The notes beneath the pieces are model-generated. The model was not told where the DNA came from. It was given only the letters and a program-made list of their open reading frames with translations, and made no database searches. A stretch of DNA of 64,000 nt from the NCBI RefSeq assembly GCF_963921235.1, contig NC_086108.1, positions 4,340,001 through 4,404,000 on the forward strand, given 5' to 3'. Below, in pieces: positions 36,901 to 51,900 of this stretch (its first letter is position 1; each line of letters opens with the position of its first letter). The stretch is from Mobula hypostoma. Lineage: Eukaryota. Made by a program: the position numbers and the translations under genes.

Positions 36901-39900
36901 GAAACTTATGGTATCCTCTTTAATATTATTGGCTAGCTTACCTTTATATTCCATCTTTTCACTCTTTATGCCTTTTGTTGGTTTTTAAAAGCTTCCCAAT
37001 CCTCTAACTTCCTACTAATTTTTACTCCATTATATGCACTTTATTTGGCTTTGACTTCTCTCGTCCACCCCAGTTGCATTATCTTGTCTTATCTAATTTT
37101 GCCCTATCGTCAGCCTGACCTTGCTAGCAGTCTCACTACACGCTGCCTCTATAAACCAAATGCATGTGTTGCTCTGGATTTCCAGCATCTGCAGAATCTC
37201 TTGTGTAATTGATGCCGTAATTGTTTTGCCATTATGTAATCAAAATGATTTTCCCCCAGCTGAATGTGATATTAATAACTCGTGCTGTTTTAAAGATGCG
37301 CTGAAAATGAACTAGGCACTCCCAAGTATGAATCACCACAGAGTCCCTTACGATTGCCCCTCTAAAGGGACAGAGGGTGCTGTCAAGTCCTGCACAATGG
37401 TCCTTTTGGACTATCATGGGTGGAAGGTGGGGAGGGGGACAGTGGAATTTAGATCACAGGGTCCTGTTACTCAGCACCGGATAGTCCAGGGGCATCTTGG
37501 AGAGGAAACAAAAAACTACTCGGCAGGTCAGGCAGCGTCTGTACAAGGTAGCATGCCGTCAGCATGTCTGGTCAGTGGCCTTCCAGCAGAACAGGAAAAG
37601 TGAGACAACGCATTAGTTTTAATTTGCAGAAAGGGTGGGGGTAGGAAGGTTAGGACAAAGGGAATGGCTCTGATAGGGTGTGGACAGGGTTGCCATGACG
37701 ACGTGTTGTCTATGAAGCCATCTGATTGGCAGATTAATGAGGACCACTGAGGGTATCCTGTGTTTTGCCCGTGGAGTATTGGACCTCTTTGTGGCGAGGT
37801 GGCGCCAGTGACCAACGCCCAGCGCCAAAATCCTGTAGACAGCTCATGGAGCAGCTAGATATTCTTCTTTTAAATATATTTCTTACCCTGGACTGAGACC
37901 AACTGCAGCCTGTAAATTCCATCTTGAGAATGTATTTTTGAGCCGACTAAACGATTTGGCGCTATTGCCAAATCTTCAGGGATTCGGCGAGGTTGAGAAA
38001 GGTTGTGCAGGGACGGTCATCAATTCCTGACAGCGGAATGCGAACCCGCGGTCGGCTCCAGTACTCCACTCCGATTAAAGCATCGAGCAAGATTAAAATC
38101 GAAGAGGACCCGAGTGGAAAACGAACGGGTGTTCAGCGCCGTTCTGCCTGCGTTTCACCGGTCTCCCTTTCCCTGTTGCCACTGGAAGGCGCAGGAGTCT
38201 TGGGTCGCACGCTGCAAAGTTCGATCGCCTCGGCGCCTCATGGCTGTGGACTCATTTTCAAGGGACTCTGCAGTCCGATGACCAACGTCCTCAATGCTGG
38301 ACGCGCTCCACGGCTGTGGGCTCACTCTGCTGTTCATGCTCCACGTGTTTTTCTTTACTCCTTTTTACGCCATCTTGCGCGATTTGATCACGGCGTCTCA
38401 GCGCGGAACTGGCTCTGCACACACGCTGTAGCCTGCAGCCGCTGACACAGTGCTGAACTCAGAGGCTGTGACTCTTGGACCGTTTCAGGGACCGGGCAGG
38501 GTGATGATGTTTAATTGTCACTGTGTTATTTACTTGGTTTTTGCCAAGTGTTTAAATGGGTATGTGGTGTTTTCTTTAATCGGGTCCCATGGTGTTTCTA
38601 TGTTTCGTAGCTATCCATGGGAATATCAGGGTTGGATTCTATATACATAATTAAATAATAAGAGTAGTTTGAATCTTTGACCTCTGTGGTAACGAGGCCA
38701 ATCAGTGACTTAGAAACACAAGAGATTCTGCAGATGCTGCAAATCCCAAAGAGCAACACACACACACAAAATGGTGGAGGAACTTAGCAGGTCAGGCAGC
38801 ATCTACGGAGGAGGATAAACAGTTAATGTTTCGAGCCGAGACCCTTCATTGGGATTGGAAAGGGAGGGGGCAGAGGCCTGTGTCAGGGACATACAGATGA
38901 AGCTAAAGTTTGCAGAGGGCATATCTGACAGGGTGGCACTCCCTCAGCACGACAGCGTGCCTCTGACAGGAGACTGGGACTTGTGACTCACGGAGTGAGC
39001 CGCACAGAAGACCTTCCCCCACTGTCCAAACCGAGAAAAAGCTACTGGCAGGAGGAGTGAAGCTCCCACTCACTCTGAACAAGGCCCCAATGAATCTACC
39101 CCACCCTCCTCTCTCTGCACTGAGGGCAAGGAGCGAGGGGTGGCATAGGGTGGGGAAGAGGACCCTGACCCCGAAGCTCCCGCTCACTCTCAACAGGCCC
39201 AGTAAATCCACCCCCCACCCCCCGAGGGGAAGGCTGGGGGAGGGGGACACCCACCTTGCAGATCAACACCTTGTTGTTGTACTGGTGTGTGAAGCGACAG
39301 CGCTCGCTGGCCGTGTGAGCTATGCCATCCTTTAGGTGGTTCATGCTTCTCCCGCACCGGGCCCTGCAATGCACAACGTGGACAATTACAGGACAGCTCA
39401 GGCCCTTCGGCCCGCAATGTTGTGCCAACCTTCTAACCCACTGCAAGATCAATCTCCTCCCAAAGGACCACAGCCTTGTCGTAGGGTTTGAGGCTCGCGT
39501 GCCTCGGTGACCCTGAGAGCTGGAGTCGGGGCCTTGTGCTTTGGCTCTTGGTTGGGTCACCCATGACAAACAGGTCAAAGTGTAGAGGCCAGACCAAGAG
39601 TGGTCCACTGGTACTCCAGGTTCGGGGGCTCAGCTCAGGGTAACAACCCTGACTGGTCAAACAAAACTGTTACAGAAACAGCAATGAAGAATCCTTCTAC
39701 ACCTGAGTGTGACGGTATTCCTGAGTCTCCACCCGGGACCTGCATGGCCGACAGTAGTGAAAACTGAGAGGAAGCTACTGACATGATGAAGGAAGCCCTG
39801 AACACCACCAGAGATGGAGGACCTTCACTGCTGCTCCAAACGCCAGCGGTGCAATGGGCAGTAAGTAAGTAATCTGGGAAAAAGTCCCTGGCAGGCCACT

Positions 39901-42900
39901 CAGTCTAAGCCCTTTATTGTCTTGTACCTCTCTATCAAGTTATCGCTCATCCTGCTCCGCTCCAAAGAGAAAAGCCCGAGCTCGCTCAACCTTTCCTGAT
40001 GAGACACACTCTCTAACCCAGGTAAATCTCCTCTGCACCCTCTCAAAAGCTACCACATCCTTCCTATAATGAGGCGACCAGAACTGAACACAATACTCCA
40101 AGTGTGGGCTAATCAGCTTAATAGTGCTGTAACATTATCTCACAGCTCTTGAACTCAATTCTCAGACTAATGAGGGCCAACACAGCAAATGGCCTTCTTA
40201 ACAACCCTACCGAGGGACTAGGCACAGTCACACCGCTTCCCAATTCAATAATCAACCAATATTTATTAACTTAATAATAATAAAATGAAATAATCCAATA
40301 AATAGATTCCTCAACCCCCTTTCCTTCAGTTTTGGATTCACAAGATGGAGCCTGGAGCAATGCACGAGACAATACGACCTTGAAACATAGGAGAACTAGG
40401 CCATTCAGCCCATCGAGTCTGCTCCACCATTTCATCATGGCTGATTTATTTTCCCAACTACCCAATTCTCCTGCCTTGTCCTCGTAACCTTTGACACCCT
40501 GTCTAATCAACCTCCGCTTTAAATATACCCATTGACTCGGCCTCCACAGCCACGTGTGGCAATGAATTCCACAGATTCACCACCCTCTGGCTAAAAAAAT
40601 TCCTCATCTCCGTTCTAAAGTGACGTCTCTCGATGTGGAAGCTATGCCCTCCGGTCCTGGACTCTTCCACTATTGGAAACATCCTCTCTCTCTAGGCCTT
40701 TCAATATTCGGTAGGTTTCAATGAGAGGAGGCATTTAAAGGCTGCTCAGGACTCACCCACAGCTGAGGCAGGTAGTGGAACACCTGAAATATTCATCGGG
40801 AAAGAAGGAGAGAGTTGGGAGTCGATCGTTGCTAATCTCCCCGTTGAAGCGCTCGCTCAGGGCCTGGAATAGAACATAGAACACTACAGCACAGCCCAGG
40901 CCCTTTGGCCTACAATGTCACACTAGCCTTTTAACCTACTTCAAGATCAACCTAACCCTTTCTCTCCTGCATATCCCTCGTCTGGTTGCCATGGTAACAT
41001 AGCCGTTAGCGGGATGCTATTACCGCTCGGGGCGTCGGGAGGTCAGAGTTCAATCCCAGCATCCTCTGTAAGGTATTCATACGTCCCTCCTGGAGAATGC
41101 GCGGGTTGTGTCCAGTCCAGGCTGGTCAATTGGTCATTGCGAATTGTCCCGTGATTAGGTTAGGGCTAAATCGGGCTTGTTGGGCAGGTAGGTAATCGCT
41201 AAATAAATTAAAAGGTAACATGAACTACAGGGAGGACTTGCATTTGTGGCAATCACTCCTCAGCCCAACACAGCCACTCCATATGGTGATTCATTTCAAG
41301 TCCAGCTCCTGGCGGAGGGAAGGCAGCGGGCAAATGGTGATCAGCAAGATCACACCCACAGAGAAAGGAGACACTGAGGCGAACAAGGATCTGCAAGGCC
41401 GGTGCCCGAGGTACGGGGCACCTGATATACAGTACGTCAGTGGTATTAAATCCAAACCCGACGCACTGTACCTCACTCAGTACGTGTGACACTAATAAAC
41501 CAATCATCAATGTGTATATTGATTATTTCACAGTGCTTGAACTTGTCCCCACCCCATACCTCCTCCTCCCTTGGCACCCCAATTACCTTCAGTGCGCAGT
41601 ACACCACAGATGGGGGTCTCCGGGAGCGAGTGGAGGTGTTGCCCACGCATCGCTGCACCGCCCGCAGGAAGCCGCTAAAGTCAGTGGGCCGGCCCACGGT
41701 CCTCGTGCCGACGTACTCGATGGAGTTGAAGGCGTCAGTGGACAGGCCCAGCTCGTGGAACCGCTTCTGGAGCAGCTGCTCAGCACTTCCGGGGGCCTGG
41801 GAATCTGCGGGAGGCAGGACCACAGCAGCACACTTCTGCTGGTTCACTCCAATGAGGTGGCCCCCTCCCCCCCTTCCCACAGCACCTTCCCCATCCCTTT
41901 CAGGAAAATCCCAAGGCACCTTACGGACAATTGTGGCTTGTTTTGGAGTACAAGCAGGAATCAGGGATGCCAATTTACACACAGCAAGATCCAAATAACA
42001 ACATAGAAACATAGAAAATAGGTGCAGGAGTAGGCCATTCGGCCCTTCGAGCCTGCACCGCCATTTATTATGATCATGGCTGATCATCCAACTCAGAACC
42101 CCACCCCAGCCTTCCCTCCATACCCCCGATCCCCGTAGTCACAAGGGCCATATCTAACTCCTTCTTAAATATAGCCAATGAACTGGCCTCAACTGTTTCC
42201 TGTGGCAGAGAATTCCACAGATTCACCACTCTCTGTGTGAAGAAGTTTTTCCTAATCTCGGTCCTAAAAGGCTTCCCCTTTATCCTCAAACTGTGACTCT
42301 TCGTTCTGGACTTCCCCAACATCGGGAACAATCTTCCTGCATCTAGCCTGTCCAATCCCTTTAGGATTTTATACGTTTCAATCAGATCCCCCCTCAATCT
42401 TCTAAATTCCAACGAGTACAAGCCCAGTTCATCCAGTCTTTCTTCATATGAAAGTCCTGCCATCCCAGGAATCAATCTGGTGAACCTTCTTTGTACTCCC
42501 TCTATGGCAAGGATGTCTTTTCTCAGATTAGGGGACCAAAACTGCACACAATACTCCAGGTGTGGTCTCACCAAGGCCTTGTACAACTGCAGTAGTACCT
42601 CCCTGCTCCTGTACTCGAATCCTCTCGCTATAAATGCCAGCATACCATTCGCCTTTTTCACCGCCTGCTGTACCTGCATGCCCACTTTCAATGACTGGTG
42701 TATAATGACACCCAGGTCTCGTTGCACCTCCCCTTTTCCTAATCGGCCACCATTCAGATAATAATCTGTTTTCCTATTTTTGCCACCAAAGTGGATAACT
42801 TCACATTTATCCACATTAAATTGCATCTGCCATGAATTTGCCCCCTCACCCAACCTATCCAAGTCACCCTGCATCCTCTTAGCATCCTCCTCACAGCTAA

Positions 42901-45900
42901 CACTGCCGCCCAGCTTCGCGTCATCCGCAAACTTGGAGATGTTGCATTTAATTCCCTCATCCAAGTCATTAATATATATTGTAAACAACTGGGGTCCCAG
43001 CACTTGCGATACCCCACGAGTCACCGCCTGCCATTCTGATAAGGTCCCATTTACTCCCACTCTTTGCTTCCTGTCTGCTAACCAATTCTCTATCCACATC
43101 AATACCTTACCCCCAATACCGTGTGCTTTAAGTTTGCACACTAATCTCCTGTGTGGGACCTTGACAAAAGCCTTTTGAAAATCCAAATATACCATATCCA
43201 CTGGTTCTCCCCTATCCACTCTACTAGTTACATCCTCAAAGAATTCTATGAGATTCGTCAGACGTGATTTTCCTTTCACAAATCCATACTGACTTTGTCC
43301 GATGATTTCACCGCTTTCCAAATGTGCTGTTATCACATCTTTGATAACTGACTCCAGCAGTTTCCCCACCACCGACATTAGGCTAACCGGTCTATAATTC
43401 CCCGGTTTCTCTCTCCTTCCTTTTTTAAAAAGTGGGGTTACATTAGCCACCCTCCAATCCTCAGGAACTAGTCCAGAATCTAAAGAGTTTTGAAAAATTA
43501 TAACTAATGCATCCACTATTTCTTGGGCTACTTCCTTAAGCACTCTGGGATGCAGACCATCTGGCCCTGGGGATTTATCTGCCTTCAATCCCTTCAATTT
43601 ACCTTACACCACTTCCCTACTAACATGTATTTCACTCAGTTCCTCCATCCCACTGGACCCTCTGTCCCCTACTATTTCTGGAAGATTATTTATGTCCTCC
43701 TTAGTGAAGGCAGAACCAAAGTAATTATTCAATTGGTCTGCCATGTCCTTGCTCCCCATAATAAATTCACCTGTTTCTGTCTGTAGGGGACCTACATTTG
43801 TCTTTACCAGTCTTTTCCTTTTTACATATCGATAAAAGCTTTTACAGTCAGTTTTTATGTTCCCTACCAGTTTCCTCTCATAATCTTTTTTCCCCTTCCT
43901 AATTAAGCCCTTTGTCCTCCTCTGCTGAACTCTGAATTTCTCCCAGTCCTCAGGTGAGCCACTTTCTCTGGCTAATTTGTATGCTTCTTCTTTGGAATTG
44001 ATACTATCCCTAATTTCTCTTGTCAGCCACGGGTGCACTACCTTCCTTGATTTATTTTTTTGCCAAACTGGGATGAACAATTGTTGTAGTTCATCCATGC
44101 AACCTTTAAATGCTTGCCATTGCATATCCACCGTCAATCCTTTAAGTGTCATTTGCCAGTCTATCTTAGCTAATTCACGTCTCATACATTCAAAGTTACC
44201 CCTCTTTAAGTTCAGAACCTTTGTTTCTGAATTAACTATGTCACTCTCCATCTTCACGAAGAATTCCACCATATTATGGTCACTCTTACCCAAGGGGCCT
44301 CTCACGACAAGATTGCTAATTAACCCTTCCTCATTGCTCAAAACCCAGTCCAGAATAGCCTGCTCTCTAGTTGGTTCCTCGACATGTTGGTTCAAAAAAC
44401 CATCCCGCATACATTCCAAGAAATCCTCTTCCTCAGCACCTTTACCAATTTGGTTCACCCAATCTACATGTAGATTGAAGTCACCCATTATAACTGCTGT
44501 TCCTTTATTGTACACATTTCTAATTTCCTGTTTAATACCATCTCCGACCTCACTACTACTGTTAGGTGGCCTGTACACAACTCCCACCAGCGTTTTCTGC
44601 CCCTTAGTGTTACGCAGCTCTACCCCTATCAATTCCACATCTTCCCGGCTTATGTCCTTCCTTTCTATTGCGTTAATCTCATCTTTAACCAGCAATGCCA
44701 CCCCACCTCCTTTTCTTTCATGTCTATCCCTCCTGAATATTGAATATCCCTGAACGTTGAGCTCCCATCCTTGGTCACCCTGGAGCCATGTCTCTGTGAT
44801 CCCAACTATATCATAATCATTAATAACAATCTGCACTTTCAATTCATCCACCTTGTTACAAATGCTCCTTGCATTGACACACAAAGCCTTCAGGCGCTCT
44901 TTTACAACTCTCTTAGCCCTTGTACAATTATGTTGAAAAGTGGCCCTTTTTAATGCTTGCCCTAGATTTGTCGGCCTGCCACTTTTACTTTTCTCCTTAG
45001 TACTTTTTGCTTCTACCCTCACTTTACACCCCTCTGTCTCTCTGCACTGGTTCCCATTCCCCTGTTGTGAACTAACCTCCTCTCGCCTAGCCTCTTTAAT
45101 TTGATTCCCACCCCCCAACCATTCTAGTTTAAAGTCACCTCAGTAGCCCTCGCTAATCTCCCTGCCAGGATATTGGTCCCCCTAGGACTCAAGTGTAACC
45201 CGTCATTTTGTACAGGTCACCCCTGCGCCAAAAGAGGTCCCAATGATCCAAAAACTTGAATCCCTGCCCCCTGCTCCAAACCCTCAGCCACGCATTTATC
45301 CTCCACCTCATCGCATTCCTACTCTCACTGTCGCGTGGCACAGGCAGTAATCCCGAGATTACTACCTTTGCGGTCCTTTTTCTCAACTCCCTTCCTAGCT
45401 CCCTATATTCTCCTTTCAGGACCTCATCCCTTTTCCTACCTATGTCATTGGTACCTATATGTACCACGACCTCTGGCTCCTCACCCTCCCACTTCAGGAT
45501 ATCTTGGACACGATCAGAAATATCCCGGACCCTGGCACCAGGGAGGCAAACTACCATCCGGGTCTCTGGACTGTGTCCACAGAATTGCCTATCTGACCCC
45601 CTTACTATCGAGTCCCCTATCACAACTGCCCTCCTCTTCCTTTCCCTACCCTTCTGAGCTACAGGGCCGGACTCTGTGCCGGAGGCACGGCCACTGTCGC
45701 TTCCCCTGGGTAAGCTGTCCCCCACAACAGTACTCAAACAGGAGTACCTATTGTCAAGGGGCACAGCCACCGGGGTACCCTCTATTACCTGACTCTTCCC
45801 CTTCCCCCTCCTAACCCTGACCCACTTGTCTGCCTCCCGTGGCCCCGGCGTGACCACCTGCCTGCAACTCCTCACTCTCCCTGACCAGACGAAGGTCATC

Positions 45901-48900
45901 GAGCTGCAGCTCCAGTTCCCTAACATAATGAAATTACTGCAGGTCATGAGTAGTGTGTACAGTTCAGGAGACACGGGTTCAATTCCTGCCACTGCCTGTT
46001 AACGAGTTTGCACATTCTCGCCGTGCAATACGTGGATTTCCCCTAGGCACTCTGGTTTCCTCCCACAGTTCGGTTGGCAGGTCAATTGGGCATTGCAAAT
46101 TGCCCAGTGATGAGGCTAGGGTTAAATCGGAGGTTGTTAGGCCAGAAGAGCCTATATCTCAATCGATCAATAAATAAGGCATTTCAGGTTGATAAGAGGC
46201 ATCGACACAGACAGAGTGTTTCCCCAGGCCAGAAATGGCGAACACAAAGCGACACAACCTTACGGTGACTGGACTGAACGACAGCGGGAACATTAGAGGC
46301 AGATATTGTCCCTCCCTCACACACAGAGTCCAATGCCCTAAAATGGAGAGATATGTGGGAGGGAGGGTTACATTGATCTTGGAGCAGGCTGAGGGACAGC
46401 ACAATATTAAGGGTATCGTTCTACACCCTAACATTACACAGCAGGGGACAAGCCCTGTGGCCCAACTCAGACATGCAGACCTCCAGACAGTGCCCACAGA
46501 GGGGTCAGAAGAATGAAAGGGTTAATGTATGAGGAGCATCTCCTGGCTCTGGGCCTGTACTCACTGGAGGTCAGCAGAATGTTATTGATTTATTGGGATA
46601 CAGTGTGGAGTAGTCCCTTCCGGCCACACCACACAGCAACCCCTCCAATTTAATCCTAGCCCAATCACAGGACAATTTACAATGACTAATTAACCTACCA
46701 ACCGGTACGTCTTTGGACTGTGGGAGGAAACCAGAGCACCCAGAGGAAACCCACACGGTCACCGGGAGAATGTACAAACTCCTTGCAGACAGAAGCAGGA
46801 ATTGAACCCAGGTCACCAGTACCGTAAAGCGCTGTGTTAAGCACTACACCACCATGCTGCCCAAGGGACGGTGGTGGGGGTAGTATCTCCCCTATCAAAT
46901 ACTGAAAGGGCTGGACAGAGTGGATGTGGAGAGGATGTTTTATATAGTGAGTCAGTCTAGGACCAGAGGACACAGATAGAGTGAATGTAGATAGGATGTT
47001 TCTCATGGTGGAGTGGTCTAGGACAGGAGGGCACAGCCTCAGGATAGTGGGACGTCCATTTAGGACTGAGATGAGGAGGAATTTCTTTAGTCAGAGGGTG
47101 GTGAATCTGTGGAATTCATTGCTATAGTTGGCTGTGGAGGACAAGTCATTGGGTATAATTAAAGCAGACATTGATAGGTTCTTGATTAGTCAGGGTGTTA
47201 AAGATTACGGAGAGAAGGCAGGAGAATGGGGTTGAGAGGGAAAATAAATCAGTCATGACAGAATGGTGGACCAGACTCGATGGACCAAACGGGATGTCTC
47301 CTGGTCCAAGTTGCCTGCCTGAGGTAGCCCAGTCTCAACGTGCCAATGTCATGAGCAAACCCCCTTAGGGCACGGGTGCCTTGGGGGAGATGATGCTTCC
47401 CCTGCCTGTGGGTGGCTGCGAGGGTCCAGTACCAGTCTCCACCAGGAGGGGAGTCAGTAGGAGGGGTCACGTCTTTCACCGTACCTTCACACCACGGGGG
47501 GGGACTTACCGCTGCCCAGTGGATCAGTGTTGGTAGTCTCATGGAAGATGATGACTGCGGGGCCAAGGCTGGACAGAGGCATCTCCAGGTCGCAGCGAAC
47601 AGACACTGCCCTGAGCTCGCCGGCAAAGTGCCGGAGAAAGGCCCGCGAGGCGTCTCCCAGGAAGCTGAACAGGTCGTTGCAGAGGCGCTGGGCGCGGGTG
47701 CGGTAGACGACCACGTCGGAAACGGCCAGCACCTTCAACAGCAGCCGCATCTGCCGCATGGGCTGAGCCGAGGCCCCCAGCAGGCCCTCGGTGTCGAGCA
47801 GGAGGAGGGAGGGCGAGGGCTTGAGGGCTGCCCACACCCCCACCGTGCAGGAGCTCTGGCTCTCCGAGGTGCCGAAGACCTGCTGCCCCCCGAAGAAGGC
47901 GGCGTTCAGGGTGTGGGACTTGCCGTCACCAGTGTTCCCGAAGATGGAGAGGACCTTCACTGTCTGGCCCGGCGTGGTCCCCAGTCGCTCCAGGAAGCTC
48001 TCCTCGTTCGCCACCTGCCCAACAAGGAGAAGCGTTAGCCCACACGGCTAGTAACTCACCTCTGGGTCTAGAGCTTACCAACAGAGAACAGGACATGCCC
48101 TTCGGCCCACAAAGTTATTCAGTTAAGTACACTTCCCTCCATTTTTTCCCTCTTGTGTCCCCTCTGTAATAGAGTTAACCAGACATACACAGCACTTTGA
48201 CCGACTACGTTGTGCCAACCTTTTAACGGACTCTAAAGATCAATCTAACCCTTCCATCCCACATAACCCTCCATTCTTCTATCTGCCATGTGCCCAGCTA
48301 AGAATCTCCTAAACGTCCCTAATGGGTCTGCTTCTCTCACCACCCAAGCAGCACATTCCACAAGCTCACCACTCTCCGTGTAAACAACACAGCTACCTCT
48401 GACGTCCCTCTATACTTTCCTCCAGTCACCTTAACATTACGCCCCTTCTGCTCTGGGGAAATGTTGCTGACTGTCCACTCGTTCTGTGCCTCTTTTCAGC
48501 CCGTACAAGCCCACGTCCCTTGACCAATTATATATATAGCGGTTAGCCCAACACTTGCAGAGTTCAGAGTTCAGAGTTCAATCCCGGTGTCCTCTATGAG
48601 AAGGTTTGTACGTTCCTCCCATCAGCGTGTGGGTTTGTCTCCGGGTGCTCCAGTTTCTCCCCACAGTCCAAAGACATTCGGGTTCATGGGTTAATTGGTC
48701 GTTGTAAATTACCCTGTGATTAGGCAAGGGTTAAATCGGGGAGGGCTGGGGAATCCACATCTGACTAGTTACAAATAGACCAAGACAAGAACTCAACTCT
48801 TTGACAGCAGGTGCATTTCTATGGCACCCCGGCACAGCCCCAAAAGCAGTTTACATCCAACGTACCAAGCGTATTCAAGCATTTAGTGACACAGTACAGA

Positions 48901-51900
48901 GCAGGTCCTTGCAGTCCAACAAGCCACTGATTTAACCCCCTGTCCTAATCACTGGACAATTTACAAAGACCAATTAACCTACTAACTGGTACGTCTTTGG
49001 AGTGTGGGAGGAAACTGGAGCCAAAAAAAAAAGAGATTCAAAGATTCAGTTATTATCAAGGCCTGTATCCATATACAACTCTGAAATTCTTCTTCTCCAG
49101 ATAGCTACAATTAAATCACGTGAACATCATTCAGAGAGAAACATCACCCCCCCCCCCCCACCCGGCATACAAAAAAGAACGGTTTCCCGATCATCAGCCC
49201 CCAAAATCCCCTTTCCCTGCAAAAAACAGAACAGGAACTGACCCCTAAAAAACAACACCCCCCGCACAAATAAAATCTAACAGACCACCAACTCCCACCC
49301 TCCCCTCGGACAACAAAACGGAAAAGGATCGGGCATTAAAAAATACAAAATATCAAAACCACAAGTCTGAAAAGTCCAGAGTCCGTAAGCACCCGGACGC
49401 ATGGGAAGAGCAAACAAACTTCCTTACAGAGGACAGAAGTGAACTCTGAACTCTGAAACCCCGAGCTGCAATAGCGATTCTCTGATACAGTGGCACCCAG
49501 TGTAGCAAGCTGTCAGCCAATCCGCGCAAGGCGTCAAATAACTCTCAAAACTGAATTTTGATCAGAATAGCAAGAGAGCTTGTCTTATGAGGGTAGGTTG
49601 AACAAGCAAGGGCTTTTCTCTCTGGAGTGAGGGGGGTGAGAGGCAACTCGATAGAGTGCACAAGATGATGTGAGAGATACAGTCCTGAGTAAAAGTCTGA
49701 CTATATATACGTGCCTAAGACTTCTGCACCATACTGTAGCAATTTTATGTATTACACTGTACTGTTGCTGCAAGACAAAAAACAAATTTCGTGATAGATG
49801 TGAGTGATGATAAGCCTGATTCTGATAGGAGTCTCTATTGTGGACTGGGAAGAGGGCAGGGAGAGGGGAATCATGACTGGGAAAAGGGGAAGGGCAGGGG
49901 GGAGGGAGTGTAATGATCAATAAACCAATTGTTTGGAATCAGGTGACCTTGCCTGATATGAGAGGTAAGATGCAATGGGGTGGTGGTAGAGGTAGAAACA
50001 TTAGAGACATTAAAGAATCCCTTAGATAGGTAAATGGATGAAAGGAGAATTCAAGACTGTTCATTGTCATTCATCAGAGACATTAAAGAATCCCTTAGAT
50101 AGGTAAATGGACGAAAGGAGAATTCAAGACTGTTCATTGTCATTCATCAGTACAAGAGTCTAAAAGAGAACAAAATCATTGTTATTCAGCATAAAACACA
50201 CACACACAATAAGATAAAGAACACACTACATATAAATATAAAACCAACTCTATAAAGCTCAGTGTACAAGTAACTGCTTGTGTGTGGAACACAGACCGAC
50301 TACACTTACATAAAGTGACGCGCAATGCTATGTAGACAGGCTACGCGGGAGGGAAGAGTTAGAATGTTCTTGCAGCAGGTCAGCACGACATAGTGGGCCA
50401 AATGGCCTGCACTGTGCTGTAGTGTTCTGTGTTCAATATCTGTGCTGGTGATGGGCTGTATATCAGAGGAAGACCTTTATCCCCTCCACACACAGAGAGT
50501 GGAGGGTGCGTGGGACGCACACAAGGCGGCGGGTGCGTGGGACACTCCGCCAGGGGAGCTGGTCAAGGCGGATACACTTGGGTCATTTAGGAATCTCTTA
50601 GATAGGCACACGGATGACAGAGAAATGGAGGGGTTAAGTCAGAGGCAATCGTTAAACTGATCCTAGAGCTGGCACAACATCGTGGGCTGAAGGGACTGTA
50701 CTGTGCTATAAAGTTAAAGTAACTCGCTGAGGGTCCAGAACGTCCCTCCAAAACATGAGGATAGGTTGAGTGAACTAGGGTTTTTCTCTCTGGAGGATGG
50801 AAGGTGACTTAATAGAGATGTACAAGATGATAAGAGCCATGGATCGAGTGGACAGGCAGAGATTCTGTCCCAGGGTGGAAATGGCTAACACCAGGGAGCA
50901 GAATTTTAAGGTGATTGGGTGGGTGGGTGGTGAGGAAGATGCCAGAGGCAATTTATTATTTTTAAAACAGAGACTGGTGGGTGTGTGGAACCCCTGCCAG
51001 GGGTGGTGGTAGAGGCAGATACTGCAGGGACATTTAAGATAGGCAGGTGGATGATAGGAAGTTGGTGGGCTGTGTGGGAGGGGAGAGTTAGACTGATTAT
51101 TACTTATTGGGGTACAGCATGCAGTAGCTCCTTCGAGCTGCGCTGCCCAACAATCCCCTTATTTAACCGCACAGACAGCAAGGTGTCTCCCAACAATATA
51201 GAAACCAGCCCTTCAGTCCATCCAACTCCTATTTACACAGATCCTATTTTACTCTCAAATCATCAACCCCCAGATCTACCCCCTCACCCACACACCGACA
51301 GCAGGCGATAAAACCACCAACCTGGCCGCCACGAGGATGCAGGAGGGAACCGCGGCGCCCGGGGAGACCCGGCACGGTCACGGGGAGACACTCAAACCCC
51401 ACACAGCTCCAGAGATCCGGACTGAACTCATGATGCCGGCGCTGGGCTGAAGTACAGTCCACAGATCCTAGACAACTTCCCTGATGGCAGGAACCAGACA
51501 GCCTCCAACCCGACGGTGTGGAGGTGGATTTCTCCAACCGCCGGTAATCTTTCCCCCCTCTCCTTCAGTTCCCTAGTCTGGTCTCCTCCCTCTCCTCCTC
51601 AAATGCCTGTCCCCTCCTCCTTCCCTTTCTCCCATGGTCCACTCTCCTCTCCTATCTGATTCCTTCTTCTCCAACCCCCCACCTCCCAGCTTCTCACTTC
51701 ATTCCCACCTCCCAGCTTCTCACTTCATTTCTCCCCCCACCGGCTGGCTTTACCCATCACCTTCTAGTTTGTCCCGTTCCCCACCCCCCAACGTTCCCCC
51801 TTCCTTTCCAGTCCTGGTGACGGGTCCCAGCCCGAAACGTCGACTGATCATTCAGTTCCTCCAGCATTTTGTGTGCGTTCCCGGTTACAATTCTCCCTGA

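Noticed and set aside
43977..44753. 258-aa + strand ORF (and similar ones at 42780-43178 and 47412-48038)
   Set aside because: These are antisense shadows of CR1 ORF2 or of the GC-rich exon 2.
46790..46863. tRNA gene
   Set aside because: The A and B boxes belong to a V-SINE head; no complete cloverleaf is evident.
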